Positions 51,909 through 61,189 of a stretch of DNA of 64,000 bases are shown here, piece after piece. The notes beneath the pieces were generated by a model. The model saw nothing but the letters and a program-made list of their open reading frames with translations. It had not been told where the DNA came from and did not search any database. A program made the position numbers and the translations under genes. The stretch comes from an uncultured Syntrophobacteraceae bacterium (GTDB taxonomy: Bacteria; Desulfobacterota; Syntrophobacteria; Syntrophobacterales; Syntrophobacteraceae): the NCBI GenBank assembly GCA_964623165.1, contig CAZURN010000001.1:134-64133 (forward strand). The letters run 5' to 3'. Position 1 is the stretch's first letter. Every line of letters begins with the position of its first letter.

Positions 51909-53453
51909 TTACATGGGCATCAAGCCGTGCTTTTTGGGCGGGTTTTGCTTGACTTTCGTGCGAAGCACTTCAAGGGCGCGAATGAGACGCGGCCGTGTCT
52001 CCCTGGGTTCGATCACCTCATCGATTTGCCCCACGTTGGCCGCGATGTATGGATTGAAGAACTTGGCCCGGTATTCCTCGGCGAATTGGCGCTCCAGGGC
52101 TGCGGGGTCCTCGCTCGCTGCAAGTTCCCGCTTGCGCAGGATACGGACCGCCCCTTCGGCCCCCATGACCGCGATCTGGGCCGAAGGCCATGCGAAGGCC
52201 AGGTCGCAGCGCATCTGGCGAGAGCTCATGGCGATGTACGCACCCCCGACGGCCTTCCTTGTGACGATGGAAATCTTGGGCACCGTGGCCTCGCAGTAGG
52301 CGTAGATGACCTTGGCTCCGTGGCGGATGATGCCGTAATGCTCCTGATCGAGACCCGGCAGGTATCCGGGAGTGTCCACGAAGGTGATCAGGGGAATGTT
52401 GAACGCATCGCAAATGCGCACGAAGCGGGCGATCTTGTCACTCGAATCGATATCCAGGACTCCCGCCAGATGTGCTGGCTGGTTGGCCACTATCCCCACG
52501 CAGTACCCATCGAGCCGGGCAAAGCCCACGAGAGCGTTCCGGGCATAGTATGGGTGAACCTGAAAGAAACTGCCCCGGTCCACGATGGCTTCGATGACTT
52601 CGTGCATATCGTACGGATCGTTCTCGTCCTGGGGCACAATGGAGTTCAGGGATTCCTCCATTCGATCCGGTGAATCGTATCGCGCAACCTGGGGGGGATC
52701 TTCTGCATTGTTCTGAGGCAGGTAGCTCAAGAGCAGCTTCACCAGTTCAATGGCTTGGTGATCGCTCTCCGCGAGCAAATGGGCGACCCCACTCTTGCTG
52801 TTGTGCACCAGGGTGCCGCCGAGATCACTGAAATTCACCTCCTCGCCGGTAACCGCCTTGATGACGTCGGGGCCCGTGATGAACATGTAGCTGATGCCCC
52901 GGGCCATGATGACGAAGTCCGTGAGGGCAGGGGAGTACACCGATCCCCCGGCACACGGGCCCAGCATCACCGAGATCTGCGGGATGACCCCGGACGAGAG
53001 GACATTTCGAACGAACACCTCTCCATATGCAGCTAGGCTTCGAAATCCTTCCTGAATGCGGGCTCCACCCGAGTCATTGAGCCCGATGATGGGAATCCCG
53101 CTTTCCAGGGCCACGTCCTGGATGCGACAGATCTTGTTCGCCTGCACTTCGGAAAAGGATCCCCCCACCACGGTGAAATCCTGGGCGAACACGGCGACTC
53201 GCCTGCCATTGATCTTGCCGAATCCCGTCACCACCCCGTCGCCAGGAAATCGGTGCTGATCCATGCCGAAGTCGGTGATGTTGTGGGTGGCCAAGGCCCC
53301 GAGTTCCTGGAATGTGTTCTCATCGAGGAGCAGCCCGAGCCGTTCCCGGGCTGTCATCTTACCCCGCGCGTGCTGCTGTTCGATGCGTTCGGCACCACCG
53401 CCCTGCATTGCCCGTTCACGCATTTCACGTAGTGTCTGCAAATACTTGGTCAT
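51909..53453 (-). CDS. Acyl-CoA carboxyltransferase (methylmalonyl-/glutaconyl-CoA decarboxylase alpha subunit type)
   Basis: RIEQQHARGKMTARERL, FAQDFTVVGGSFSE and GLNDSGGARIQEG motifs of the PccB/MmdA family. Start at ATG 53453 with a GAGGAG RBS. Confidence 0.9.
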   Translation of the reverse strand: MTKYLQTLREMRERAMQGGGAERIEQQHARGKMTARERLGLLLDENTFQELGALATHNITDFGMDQHRFPGDGVVTGFGKINGRRVAVFAQDFTVVGGSFSEVQANKICRIQDVALESGIPIIGLNDSGGARIQEGFRSLAAYGEVFVRNVLSSGVIPQISVMLGPCAGGSVYSPALTDFVIMARGISYMFITGPDVIKAVTGEEVNFSDLGGTLVHNSKSGVAHLLAESDHQAIELVKLLLSYLPQNNAEDPPQVARYDSPDRMEESLNSIVPQDENDPYDMHEVIEAIVDRGSFFQVHPYYARNALVGFARLDGYCVGIVANQPAHLAGVLDIDSSDKIARFVRICDAFNIPLITFVDTPGYLPGLDQEHYGIIRHGAKVIYAYCEATVPKISIVTRKAVGGAYIAMSSRQMRCDLAFAWPSAQIAVMGAEGAVRILRKRELAASEDPAALERQFAEEYRAKFFNPYIAANVGQIDEVIEPRETRPRLIRALEVLRTKVKQNPPKKHGLMPM

Positions 53454-53538
53454 CTCTCTTCTCCTCGCCACCAGTTGGAAAGTGCCCCACAGCTTGGGCG
53501 CAATGCGACCATGAAGGCGGCACTGCCGAGTGCTCAAT

Positions 53539-53604
53539 GGTTCGAACTTCCATGTCCACCCGCCCCGAGTTCTGGGATGGCGGGCGGACATGGAAGTTCG
53601 AACC
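53539..53604. promoter_or_regulatory. 26-bp inverted repeat (25 of 26 pairs) with a 14-nt spacer, upstream of the decarboxylase operon
   Basis: GGTTCGAACTTCCATGTCCACCCGCC (53539-53564) pairs with GGCGGGCGGACATGGAAGTTCGAACC (53579-53604), with a single A/C mismatch. Lies 86-151 nt upstream of the alpha-subunit start on the minus strand. Confidence 0.6.
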
Positions 53605-54440
53605 AGGGCTGTTCTATGCAAAAGACCAAAGAGCCAGAGGGCCAATTTCGGATTGGTTCATGGAATCTGAAACCGGCTATTTCGTTAAAATGCCATCAAA
53701 CAGCATCCGTTGTGAATCAAATTCATGGGGTGCCCTGTGTCAAACTCAAGAACCCAGGTCCGAAGAATGGTCGGGCGGGGTCACGAATGCCATGGGGGAG
53801 GAAAAAGGTGAAGTGACAAGAGGTCTCTTCCGATACTATCTGTGGGTAGTCAAACATTCAAACCAACCCTATTCCTCTTCGCCGGAGCCCGGGACAGCCC
53901 CTCCCGGGCTCCTTCCGTTACGCCTCAAGGCAGTCATGCTCTCCAAAGATCAATACTGATGACATCGAGGAAATACTTGATTGCGGAGAGTCATGGGTTG
54001 ATAATGATATCAAATCACGGCGGAAATCACCCTGGCGAGATATCCGTGTACTGTCATGATCATGCAATCCCAATCCAATGGCACAGCCTGCCCGGGCCCT
54101 TGAGGGTGCGCGTTGGTTGTTCTGACCCGGCGAGACCCCCGCGGATGTATTGATCCCGGTTCTGTCAATGAGTCTGCCCTCTTCTTTACGGCCGCGCGAT
54201 GACAATTCACCTGAATTTTCCCCGGAACACGCTTCTGGTGGGGAGTGGGGCTCATCGTGCCACTACCAAGGTTCGCAAGATGGAGTGAGGGGGGAGTTCA
54301 GTCTTCATTTCGGGGTTGACCCCAGATTCAGGGAGCATCTGAAACGTCCGGATTTCGTCGGGGTGATGGTGTTCTGTGGGAATTTGCATGCAGTTTTCCG
54401 TGGAGTTGCCGCAGTCGGCGCACCATAAAGGAGAGCAACA

Positions 54441-56921
54441 ATGGGTGAGGTGACACTAGAAGACATCACTCTGGCGGAATATGGCATGGAGCGTCTGCCG
54501 CTACTCCAGAGACTGCGGAGAGAGCTCATGGCGACGAAACCGGAGGTCTGCATCGAACGGGCGAGATTTGTGACACGCTACCTTGCGGACATGTCCAAAA
54601 CCGGCGACCCCATCCAAACGCGATATGCACACGCAGTGAATTACTTCCTGGCCAACAAGGCTCCAAAGTTCTTTGGGGACAACCTGCTTGCGGGCACGAC
54701 CACCTCCAAGCCGTACGGGGCCCCCGTGTATCCGGAGTTCACGGGAATGACCATATGGCCCGAGCTGGACACGATCAGCACCAGGGAAAAGAACCCTCTC
54801 CTCCTATCCAAAAGCGATGCGGAAGAGCTCAACCTGAGAATCTACCCCTACTGGATGGACCGTAATATTCTCGAATATACCCGAAGCAAATTTGGTTATC
54901 CCGAATCCATGAAGCTCTTTGAACGGATCGTCTTCTTCCTTGCCGGCAAGGCCGGCGCATTGTCCCATACAGTCCCCGGCTACAGGCGGGTGTTGAGACA
55001 GGGGCTCGAGTCCATCATCGAGGAGGCGGCGGAGCGTGAGGCACAGTGTGTGGGAAGGGGTGTCACGGCCAAGGAGGAGAGGCGAAAGGCGGAATTCTAT
55101 CAGGCAGTGCAGATCGCCCTGCGTGGAGTCATTGCCTATGCCCAAAATCTTGCTGGGGAAGCAGAACGGCGGGCCTTGAAGGAGAAGGACCTGGCCAGAC
55201 AAGAGAATTTCACAAGGATGGCGGAGGTTTGCCGCCAAGTTCCCGCCAAGGGAGCCCGTACTTTCAGGGAGGCTGTCAATTCCATCTGGATCATGCAGGT
55301 CGCGGTCCACGCCGAAAACATCAACATGGCCATGAGCCCCGGGCGCCTGGACCAGGTCCTGTATGAATACTACCGTCGCGACATGGACGCAGGCAGACTG
55401 AGCCTGGAAGAAGCCATGGATTTGGTAGGGTGTCTTTGGATCAAATTCAACGACAACGCGAACCTAGTCCCCGAAACGGCCGAGGAACTCTTCGGCGGTG
55501 CTGGAACGGTCCCTGCGGTGACAGTTGGGGGAGTGGATGAGAAGGGTGAAGACGCAGTCAACGACCTGACATACATCATGCTCAGGGTCACGGAACTGCT
55601 CAAAACCCGTGACCCCAGCCTCAACGCCCGGTACCACTATGCGAAGAACCCTGAAGCCTACCGGGATCGGCTGGCCCGTGCGATCGAGGAGACGAAGTCT
55701 GTCCCGGCCGTCTACAACGATGTGGCGGCCATCAAGACCTTGGAGAACCAGGGAACAAGTCTGGAACATGCCAGGGACTATGCCATCATCGGATGCGTGG
55801 AACTGGCGTCGACAGGCAGGAGTTACGATGCCTCCAGTTCCATCATGCTGAACCTTGTCTCGGCCCTTGAACTGACCCTGCACAACGGGAAGCGCCCCGT
55901 GACGGGAGATGAGCAGATCGGTCCAAGGACAGGCGATCCGTCACAGTTCAAGAGCTTCGTGGAGTTCTGGGAGGCTTTCAAAGGGCAGCTTCGGTGGATC
56001 ATCGGGCAGGCTGTCGAGCTGAACGAATGTTTCGGACGAGCTTACCAGGAAATCATGCCGTCGCCCCTGCTTTCCTCGCTCTTTGAAGGACCCATGGAGA
56101 GCGGAGACGACCTGATTTTCGGCGGGGCCCTTTACAATGCTTCGGGGGCCACCCATATAGGATTTGCCGACACGGTTGATTCGCTGAATGCCATCGAGAC
56201 GGCGGTCTTTTTAGACAGGAAATGCACATTCCAAGAGTTGCTGCAGGCTCTCCAGAATAATTTCAAGGGCCACGAAAAACTCCACGCATATCTCGTCCAC
56301 AGGACTCCCAAGTATGGCACCGAAGAACCCATCGCCATCAGGAACTCACAGAACTTGATCCGTCTTCTGTACGAAACCTACCAGGCTCATGTCAATTACA
56401 GGGGAGGCAAATACCGCCCGGCGTTCTGGACCATGACCAATCATGCCGGCCAGGGGAAGCTCTGCGGAGCCCTTCCCAACGGAAGAAAGGCGGGCAAGGT
56501 GCTCGCCAGCGGAATCACCCCCGTTTCTCAGGCAGCCGGAGATTTGGCCGCCTGCTTCAAGGCGGTTGGCAGCCTGGATCCCCTTTGCATTCCGGGCGGC
56601 GAAGCACTCAACCTCAAGTATCCGACCATCGAGAATGGCGAGGACTTAAAACGTTTCGGGCAAGCCATCGAAGCGTATTTCAGGATCGGTGGGCTCCATG
56701 TACAGTTCAACATCATGTCTTACGAAGATCTCATCGACGCCAAGAAATGTCCTGAGAAACACAGGGAACTCCTCGTACGGGTCTCCGGCTATTCGGCCTA
56801 TTTCAAGGATCTCAACGAGGCCATGAAAGACGAGATCATCACCAGGACCGCCTACAACCTTCGCACAGGGAAGGCCGTACCGTTCCCCGAAAGGTACAGG
56901 TCCATGCTGGCTTGTGAATGA
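54441..56921 (+). CDS. Glycyl radical enzyme, PFL2/glycerol-dehydratase-like family, substrate unknown
   Basis: 826 aa. Glycyl radical fingerprint RVSGYSAYF about 45 residues from the C-terminus. Cys loop AIIGCVELASTG. AAGGAG RBS. Confidence 0.92.
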   Translation: MGEVTLEDITLAEYGMERLPLLQRLRRELMATKPEVCIERARFVTRYLADMSKTGDPIQTRYAHAVNYFLANKAPKFFGDNLLAGTTTSKPYGAPVYPEFTGMTIWPELDTISTREKNPLLLSKSDAEELNLRIYPYWMDRNILEYTRSKFGYPESMKLFERIVFFLAGKAGALSHTVPGYRRVLRQGLESIIEEAAEREAQCVGRGVTAKEERRKAEFYQAVQIALRGVIAYAQNLAGEAERRALKEKDLARQENFTRMAEVCRQVPAKGARTFREAVNSIWIMQVAVHAENINMAMSPGRLDQVLYEYYRRDMDAGRLSLEEAMDLVGCLWIKFNDNANLVPETAEELFGGAGTVPAVTVGGVDEKGEDAVNDLTYIMLRVTELLKTRDPSLNARYHYAKNPEAYRDRLARAIEETKSVPAVYNDVAAIKTLENQGTSLEHARDYAIIGCVELASTGRSYDASSSIMLNLVSALELTLHNGKRPVTGDEQIGPRTGDPSQFKSFVEFWEAFKGQLRWIIGQAVELNECFGRAYQEIMPSPLLSSLFEGPMESGDDLIFGGALYNASGATHIGFADTVDSLNAIETAVFLDRKCTFQELLQALQNNFKGHEKLHAYLVHRTPKYGTEEPIAIRNSQNLIRLLYETYQAHVNYRGGKYRPAFWTMTNHAGQGKLCGALPNGRKAGKVLASGITPVSQAAGDLAACFKAVGSLDPLCIPGGEALNLKYPTIENGEDLKRFGQAIEAYFRIGGLHVQFNIMSYEDLIDAKKCPEKHRELLVRVSGYSAYFKDLNEAMKDEIITRTAYNLRTGKAVPFPERYRSMLACE

Positions 56922-57441
56922 CGCGACAGAACTGCGATGCCCCGTGCCGGATGACGTGGACCGGGTGATGGAGGATGTTGTGCCGAAAACAATTCTGGAC
57001 CAGGTGTTGTCAAGGGATGCCGGGTTGAAGCTGGTGGCCGAGAGATTTCAGTACTGCCTGGGTTCCGATCTGGCTGAGGGATTTCTTCAGATCCTGCTCA
57101 GCCTCATGAGCGTGTTGTTCCTGATAAGCAGGAACTTCAGGCGGAACATCAGGGACTTCACCGGGCGCTACGTCTTCAGGGACAGGGGTAACCGTATTGA
57201 GACCGGTGTGATCTTCGAGGGTGGCCGAATGCACGTGAAGGACGGCAAGCTTGAACACCCGAATGTGACAGTCGTTTTCAGGGATTCAAGAGCCCTGATG
57301 AGCTACCTCCTCTCCCCCAAGCCGGATATCCTGGGCTCACTCCTGAGACAGGACGTGACGGTGGAAGGCAACTTCAATTACTTGTACAAATTCGCATACA
57401 TGGCGAATCGACTCAAACAAATGGTCACAGGAGGCCCGTGA
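56914..57441 (+). CDS. SCP2-like small accessory protein with an N-terminal hydrophobic helix
   Basis: 175 aa, overlapping the GRE stop by 8 nt. The hydrophobic segment FLQILLSLMSVLFLI is followed by an SCP2-type pattern (GVIFEGGRMHVKDGKLEHPNVTVVFRDSRALMSYLLSPKPDILGSLLRQDVTVEGNFNYLYKF). The fold call is by eye only. Confidence 0.55.
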   Translation: MNDATELRCPVPDDVDRVMEDVVPKTILDQVLSRDAGLKLVAERFQYCLGSDLAEGFLQILLSLMSVLFLISRNFRRNIRDFTGRYVFRDRGNRIETGVIFEGGRMHVKDGKLEHPNVTVVFRDSRALMSYLLSPKPDILGSLLRQDVTVEGNFNYLYKFAYMANRLKQMVTGGP

Positions 57442-58310
57442 TCCAGTCCGACGCGTTGCCGCTCATCTTCGACATCCGCAGGTTCGCTCTGGATGATGGC
57501 CCGGGGATTCGAACCACAGTGTTTCTGAAAGGCTGTCCCCTTGCCTGCCGCTGGTGCCACAATCCCGAATCCATCCGCATCGGCAGGGACATCTCGTTCC
57601 AGCCGGAGTTGTGCATTGAGTGCGGAGAGTGCGAATTGGCCTGTCCCGAGGGAGCCATACGGCGTGAGATGCCCATGCGCATTGCACGGGACAGGTGCTC
57701 CATGTGTGGGGTGTGCGCGGAGGCATGTCCTTCCACTGCGCTGAAAGTGATCGGAAGGTATGTGGAGGCCGGGGAGCTTGTGGAACTGCTTCTCAGGGAT
57801 CGGGTCCTTTTCGACACCTCCGGGGGAGGAGTGACCTTCTCGGGTGGAGAGCCGACCTTGCACTTGCCTTACCTGATCAGGGTGTGCAGGGAGCTCAAGA
57901 AAGAGGACGTCCATACCGCCGTTCAGACGTCGGGTATGTTTGACCTCGATGCCTTCGAGAGGGAACTGCTCCCGTCGCTGGACCTCATCTTTTATGATCT
58001 CAAACTCATGGATTCGTTGGCGCACGATCAATTCACCGGATTGGGCAATGAGCGTATCGTTTACAACTTCTCAGCCTTGAGCAGGCACAGCCGGCATAAG
58101 ATCATCCCCAGGACGCCGCTTGTGCCAGGCATCACCGACACGGGAGGAAACCTGGAAGCACTGTCACAATTCCTCCGTGCGCTTGGCCACGATCGTCATG
58201 TACTTTTGCCTTACAATTCCGGAGGGGCATCAAGACGGCATTTCGTCGGATCGGGTCCTCAGGGTGCCGGAGACCCCAGGGGAAGGAGAGCTGAATGGCG
58301 GGTGACGTGA
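57438..58310 (+). CDS. Glycyl-radical enzyme activating protein (radical SAM)
   Basis: CPLACRWCHNPE (CX3CX2C), two ferredoxin clusters (CIECGECELACPEG and CSMCGVCAEACPST), GGVTFSGGEP, and LLPYNSGG. GTG start overlaps the upstream stop by 4 nt. Confidence 0.9.
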   Translation: MIQSDALPLIFDIRRFALDDGPGIRTTVFLKGCPLACRWCHNPESIRIGRDISFQPELCIECGECELACPEGAIRREMPMRIARDRCSMCGVCAEACPSTALKVIGRYVEAGELVELLLRDRVLFDTSGGGVTFSGGEPTLHLPYLIRVCRELKKEDVHTAVQTSGMFDLDAFERELLPSLDLIFYDLKLMDSLAHDQFTGLGNERIVYNFSALSRHSRHKIIPRTPLVPGITDTGGNLEALSQFLRALGHDRHVLLPYNSGGASRRHFVGSGPQGAGDPRGRRAEWRVT

Positions 58311-59299
58311 ACCGTTCGATCAACCCATCCCAGGAGCGGCTGTACTCTAAGATCACCGACCTTGAGCATGCGCTCTCGATCCTAAGATCCGGCCACCTCG
58401 ATCCCACTCAGGTGAAGGTGGCTGAGTCCTGTGACAAGTACATCGCCATGTGCTGGAACTACATGAACCGCAGGCGAAAGCACTCGCATCTCGTGTGGGA
58501 GTTTCTACATCGGGTCGATGAAAATCTGATCCTTCTCATGCCAGAGGAAGAATTCACGAGCAAGGCGACTGAAGTGGCCGTGTTCTTCGACATGAACATA
58601 CAGGACGAAAAACTCCGCAAGGCGTGGCTCGGGGAGGAGGGAATACTGAGACACGCGGCGGAACGCATCAGCAAGGGATGGAGCAGCGCCCAGGACAGGC
58701 ACGTGGTGAAGGATGCGCTGCAGATCGTCAATGAGCAGATGGACCGCTCGTTCTGGCAGCTTTCCATGAACACGATCACAAGCGTTGTGAGTGGGTGCAT
58801 GCTGGGCATTCTTGTGCTCCTCTTCTGGTGGTGCTGCTTGAACGATTTCAACAGCTTCGGTGACGGATCTCTTCAGGCGAACTTGGCGGACCTTCTGGTC
58901 TTTGGCCTCATGGGTGCCTATCTTGGAAACCTCCTCACCTGGGAGGGGTTCCTCTACGTCAGGGGAGCCCCGTTCTGGAGATACTTCCTGCACAATACCC
59001 TTTCGAAGCCCATTCTGGGCTCTTTTGCGGCCGTTTTCATATTCATGATCGAGAAAACGAAAACCATATTCTCCATCTCGGTGGTACAGCAGGCAGGTCA
59101 GGCTGCCGAAAATGCTGCAGCGCAGATCGTGAACTTCAACGTCAGTTCCGCGGCATTACCCTACGCATATGGGCTCCTGGCCATCGTTTCCGGATTTGCA
59201 GCGGAAAAGGTCCTGCGGTCAATGATCGATGCGGTCTTGAAAAGGCTTGAAGAGCGAGCCGAAAAAAGAAAGACCAGCGGAGGGAAGAGCGAATCCTGA
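58295..59299 (+). CDS. Hypothetical membrane protein (soluble helical N-domain plus about 4 TM helices)
   Basis: 334 aa, overlapping the activase 3' end by 16 nt. TM candidates are ITSVVSGCMLGILVLLFWWCCL, LADLLVFGLMGAYLGNLL, ILGSFAAVFIFMI and YAYGLLAIVSGFAA. No family recognised. Confidence 0.6.
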   Translation: MAGDVNRSINPSQERLYSKITDLEHALSILRSGHLDPTQVKVAESCDKYIAMCWNYMNRRRKHSHLVWEFLHRVDENLILLMPEEEFTSKATEVAVFFDMNIQDEKLRKAWLGEEGILRHAAERISKGWSSAQDRHVVKDALQIVNEQMDRSFWQLSMNTITSVVSGCMLGILVLLFWWCCLNDFNSFGDGSLQANLADLLVFGLMGAYLGNLLTWEGFLYVRGAPFWRYFLHNTLSKPILGSFAAVFIFMIEKTKTIFSISVVQQAGQAAENAAAQIVNFNVSSAALPYAYGLLAIVSGFAAEKVLRSMIDAVLKRLEERAEKRKTSGGKSES

Positions 59300-59359
59300 A
59301 CGATTCTCACCACAACAGCTCGCAATGAATTACCCTGAAACGCGGATTCGTCATCTCCA

Positions 59360-60628
59360 TCAGCCGCGGAGGGCATGGTGGCCGCTTTCATGCACGGAGT
59401 CATCGGGACCGAAAACTGCGAATCCCGCAGTGCCGATGACCCCGAAGATGGTGGCCGCGATAAGATTCGTCTGCGGGCTCATCTCCCAAAGAAGTGCTCC
59501 CCCAAAGGCAGCAGCTGAGACGAAAACATCACGGACAAGGTAGTACAGGCCAAACATGCCTGCTTTGCAGTTCGCTGGGGCAAGATCCATGATGAGGGCT
59601 TTGCGGGTGGGTTCGCCGAACTCCTTGAGTCCCCGCACCATGAATGCCAGGACCAGCCACTCGAAGGAATGGCTGAACAGGAGCACTAGAGGAAAAATCG
59701 TGAAGAAACCGAAGGTTATGAGGACAAAAGGCTTTTTTGTGCTGCGATCTGCAAGATACGCGACGGGGATGTAGACCAGCACGGCCGTGGCCATTTCGAT
59801 GCTCGTGAGCAGACCAAACTGAAGGGCCGACACAGGTTGGGATATCGTCTTCATGCACCAGACCACCACAAATGCGTAAGGGATTTGCTCGCAGAACCGC
59901 ACAAGGATGTCGGTGACCAGCAATCCCTTCATGGCCGGCGTCATCAAGCCAAGCATTCTGATGGGGTTCTTTTCCGGCGTGAATCGGCATGTGTCATCAA
60001 GGGAACGGGATCCGGACGGATCGTCTTCGATCATGTGCTGCTGAAGTACCAGGGCCACCAAGGCCATGAGCAATGCGGCCGCGAAAGCCAGCCGCACCCC
60101 GTCCCGCTCCCCCCAGGTGCCGATGAATATACCTCCGACCACTGGGCCAAGGGCCATGGGAAACCGTCGCACCAGTGAGTGCATGCTCACCCCCATGGTG
60201 CGCTTGTTTTGCGGCAAGACCCTGTACATGAGGCTCATGGTCGCCGGAAGGGAGATGGCAGACCAGGAAATGAACAGCACTGCCCCTGCCAGGACGGCCT
60301 TCCAGTTTGGAATGAGGATCACCAAGGCGAAACCGACCATGGCCACGACATTGAAAGCTGCCAGGGCACGCTTTGTGCCGATGCGGTCCGAAAGGTAGCC
60401 TCCCGGAAAGGAGTAGAGGGCGGAGAGCAGATTATCCATGGCCTGCAGAAGGCCGATAACGAGAGTCCCACCTCCCAGGGCCATGATGTAGATGGGCAGG
60501 AACCGCTCGGCCATGCGCTCCCCAATGCCCACCAGCACTACCATGGCCAGCACTCCCACGGTGCTTCGTTGCAGAGCGAGAAAACCGGATATCCTGGATG
60601 TGCGAGTGGTGGCGGAACCTTGGGGCAT
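59360..60628 (-). CDS. MFS transporter
   Basis: 12-TM-like profile with the MFS loop GGYLSDRIGTKR. ATG at 60628 is preferred (AAGGGA RBS, no overlap). The ORF-track GTG at 60676 is the alternative. Confidence 0.85.
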   Translation of the reverse strand: MPQGSATTRTSRISGFLALQRSTVGVLAMVVLVGIGERMAERFLPIYIMALGGGTLVIGLLQAMDNLLSALYSFPGGYLSDRIGTKRALAAFNVVAMVGFALVILIPNWKAVLAGAVLFISWSAISLPATMSLMYRVLPQNKRTMGVSMHSLVRRFPMALGPVVGGIFIGTWGERDGVRLAFAAALLMALVALVLQQHMIEDDPSGSRSLDDTCRFTPEKNPIRMLGLMTPAMKGLLVTDILVRFCEQIPYAFVVVWCMKTISQPVSALQFGLLTSIEMATAVLVYIPVAYLADRSTKKPFVLITFGFFTIFPLVLLFSHSFEWLVLAFMVRGLKEFGEPTRKALIMDLAPANCKAGMFGLYYLVRDVFVSAAAFGGALLWEMSPQTNLIAATIFGVIGTAGFAVFGPDDSVHESGHHALRG

Positions 60629-60642
60629 GATGGCTGGTTCCC

Positions 60643-61080
60643 TTATGATTCGGTCCTGGCCATCTCGAGACGACACCAGGCGTAGAGGGCGTCATACACT
60701 TCGAATTGCCGTTCCAGGTTTTCCGAGTCATCCGGAAAGCGCAGGCTGTAGCCCACGGCGATGGCCTCAAGGCCGGCCGCCAGTGGATCGGCGTCCAGCC
60801 GATTGGTGTCCGCCGCGTTCACGATCCTGGCCATTCGCAACAGTGCCTTGTCTTTCAATTCGTATGCCCGGATGATCACCTCGAACGTGCACAGGTCGTC
60901 CCGGTGGTGCAGTTCCGCACCGGGCGTGTCGAAGGGAATCGCGCCCTCCCTTCTCGCAACTTTCATCACCTGGTTCCTGGGAACGAAGAGAAACTCAGCA
61001 TCTGAATCGACAAACCGGGTGATCAGCCAAGGGCAGGCCACCCGGTCGACATGCACGTGGGAACGGGTTATCCATTTCAT
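60643..61080 (-). CDS. Chromate-resistance (ChrB C-terminal / Chrome_Resist) domain protein
   Basis: MKWITRSHVHVDRVACPWLITRFVDSDAEFLFVP ... CTFEVII is typical of that domain. AAGGAG RBS before the ATG at 61080. Confidence 0.75.
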   Translation of the reverse strand: MKWITRSHVHVDRVACPWLITRFVDSDAEFLFVPRNQVMKVARREGAIPFDTPGAELHHRDDLCTFEVIIRAYELKDKALLRMARIVNAADTNRLDADPLAAGLEAIAVGYSLRFPDDSENLERQFEVYDALYAWCRLEMARTES

Positions 61081-61189
61081 GGGGCATCTCCTTCTTGATA
61101 TCGCGTGGCTCCTGGCACAATTTGAGTCTTTGTCCGCAGACAGGGACATGACCTGGACTGAGCTCCATGGAATTTCTCCTCAGTCCCAG

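Noticed and set aside
53539-53604. tRNA-like signal from GGTTCGAA strings (also near 2828)
   Set aside because: No T-stem pairing, acceptor stem or anticodon arm can be drawn. The strings are part of the long inverted repeat or of ordinary spacer sequence.
54070-54400. Sigma-54 promoter upstream of the GRE operon
   Set aside because: TGGCAC at about 54081 lacks a correctly spaced GC element (it is off by two positions). Other GG/GC pairs have the wrong spacing, and no enhancer-binding protein gene is nearby.
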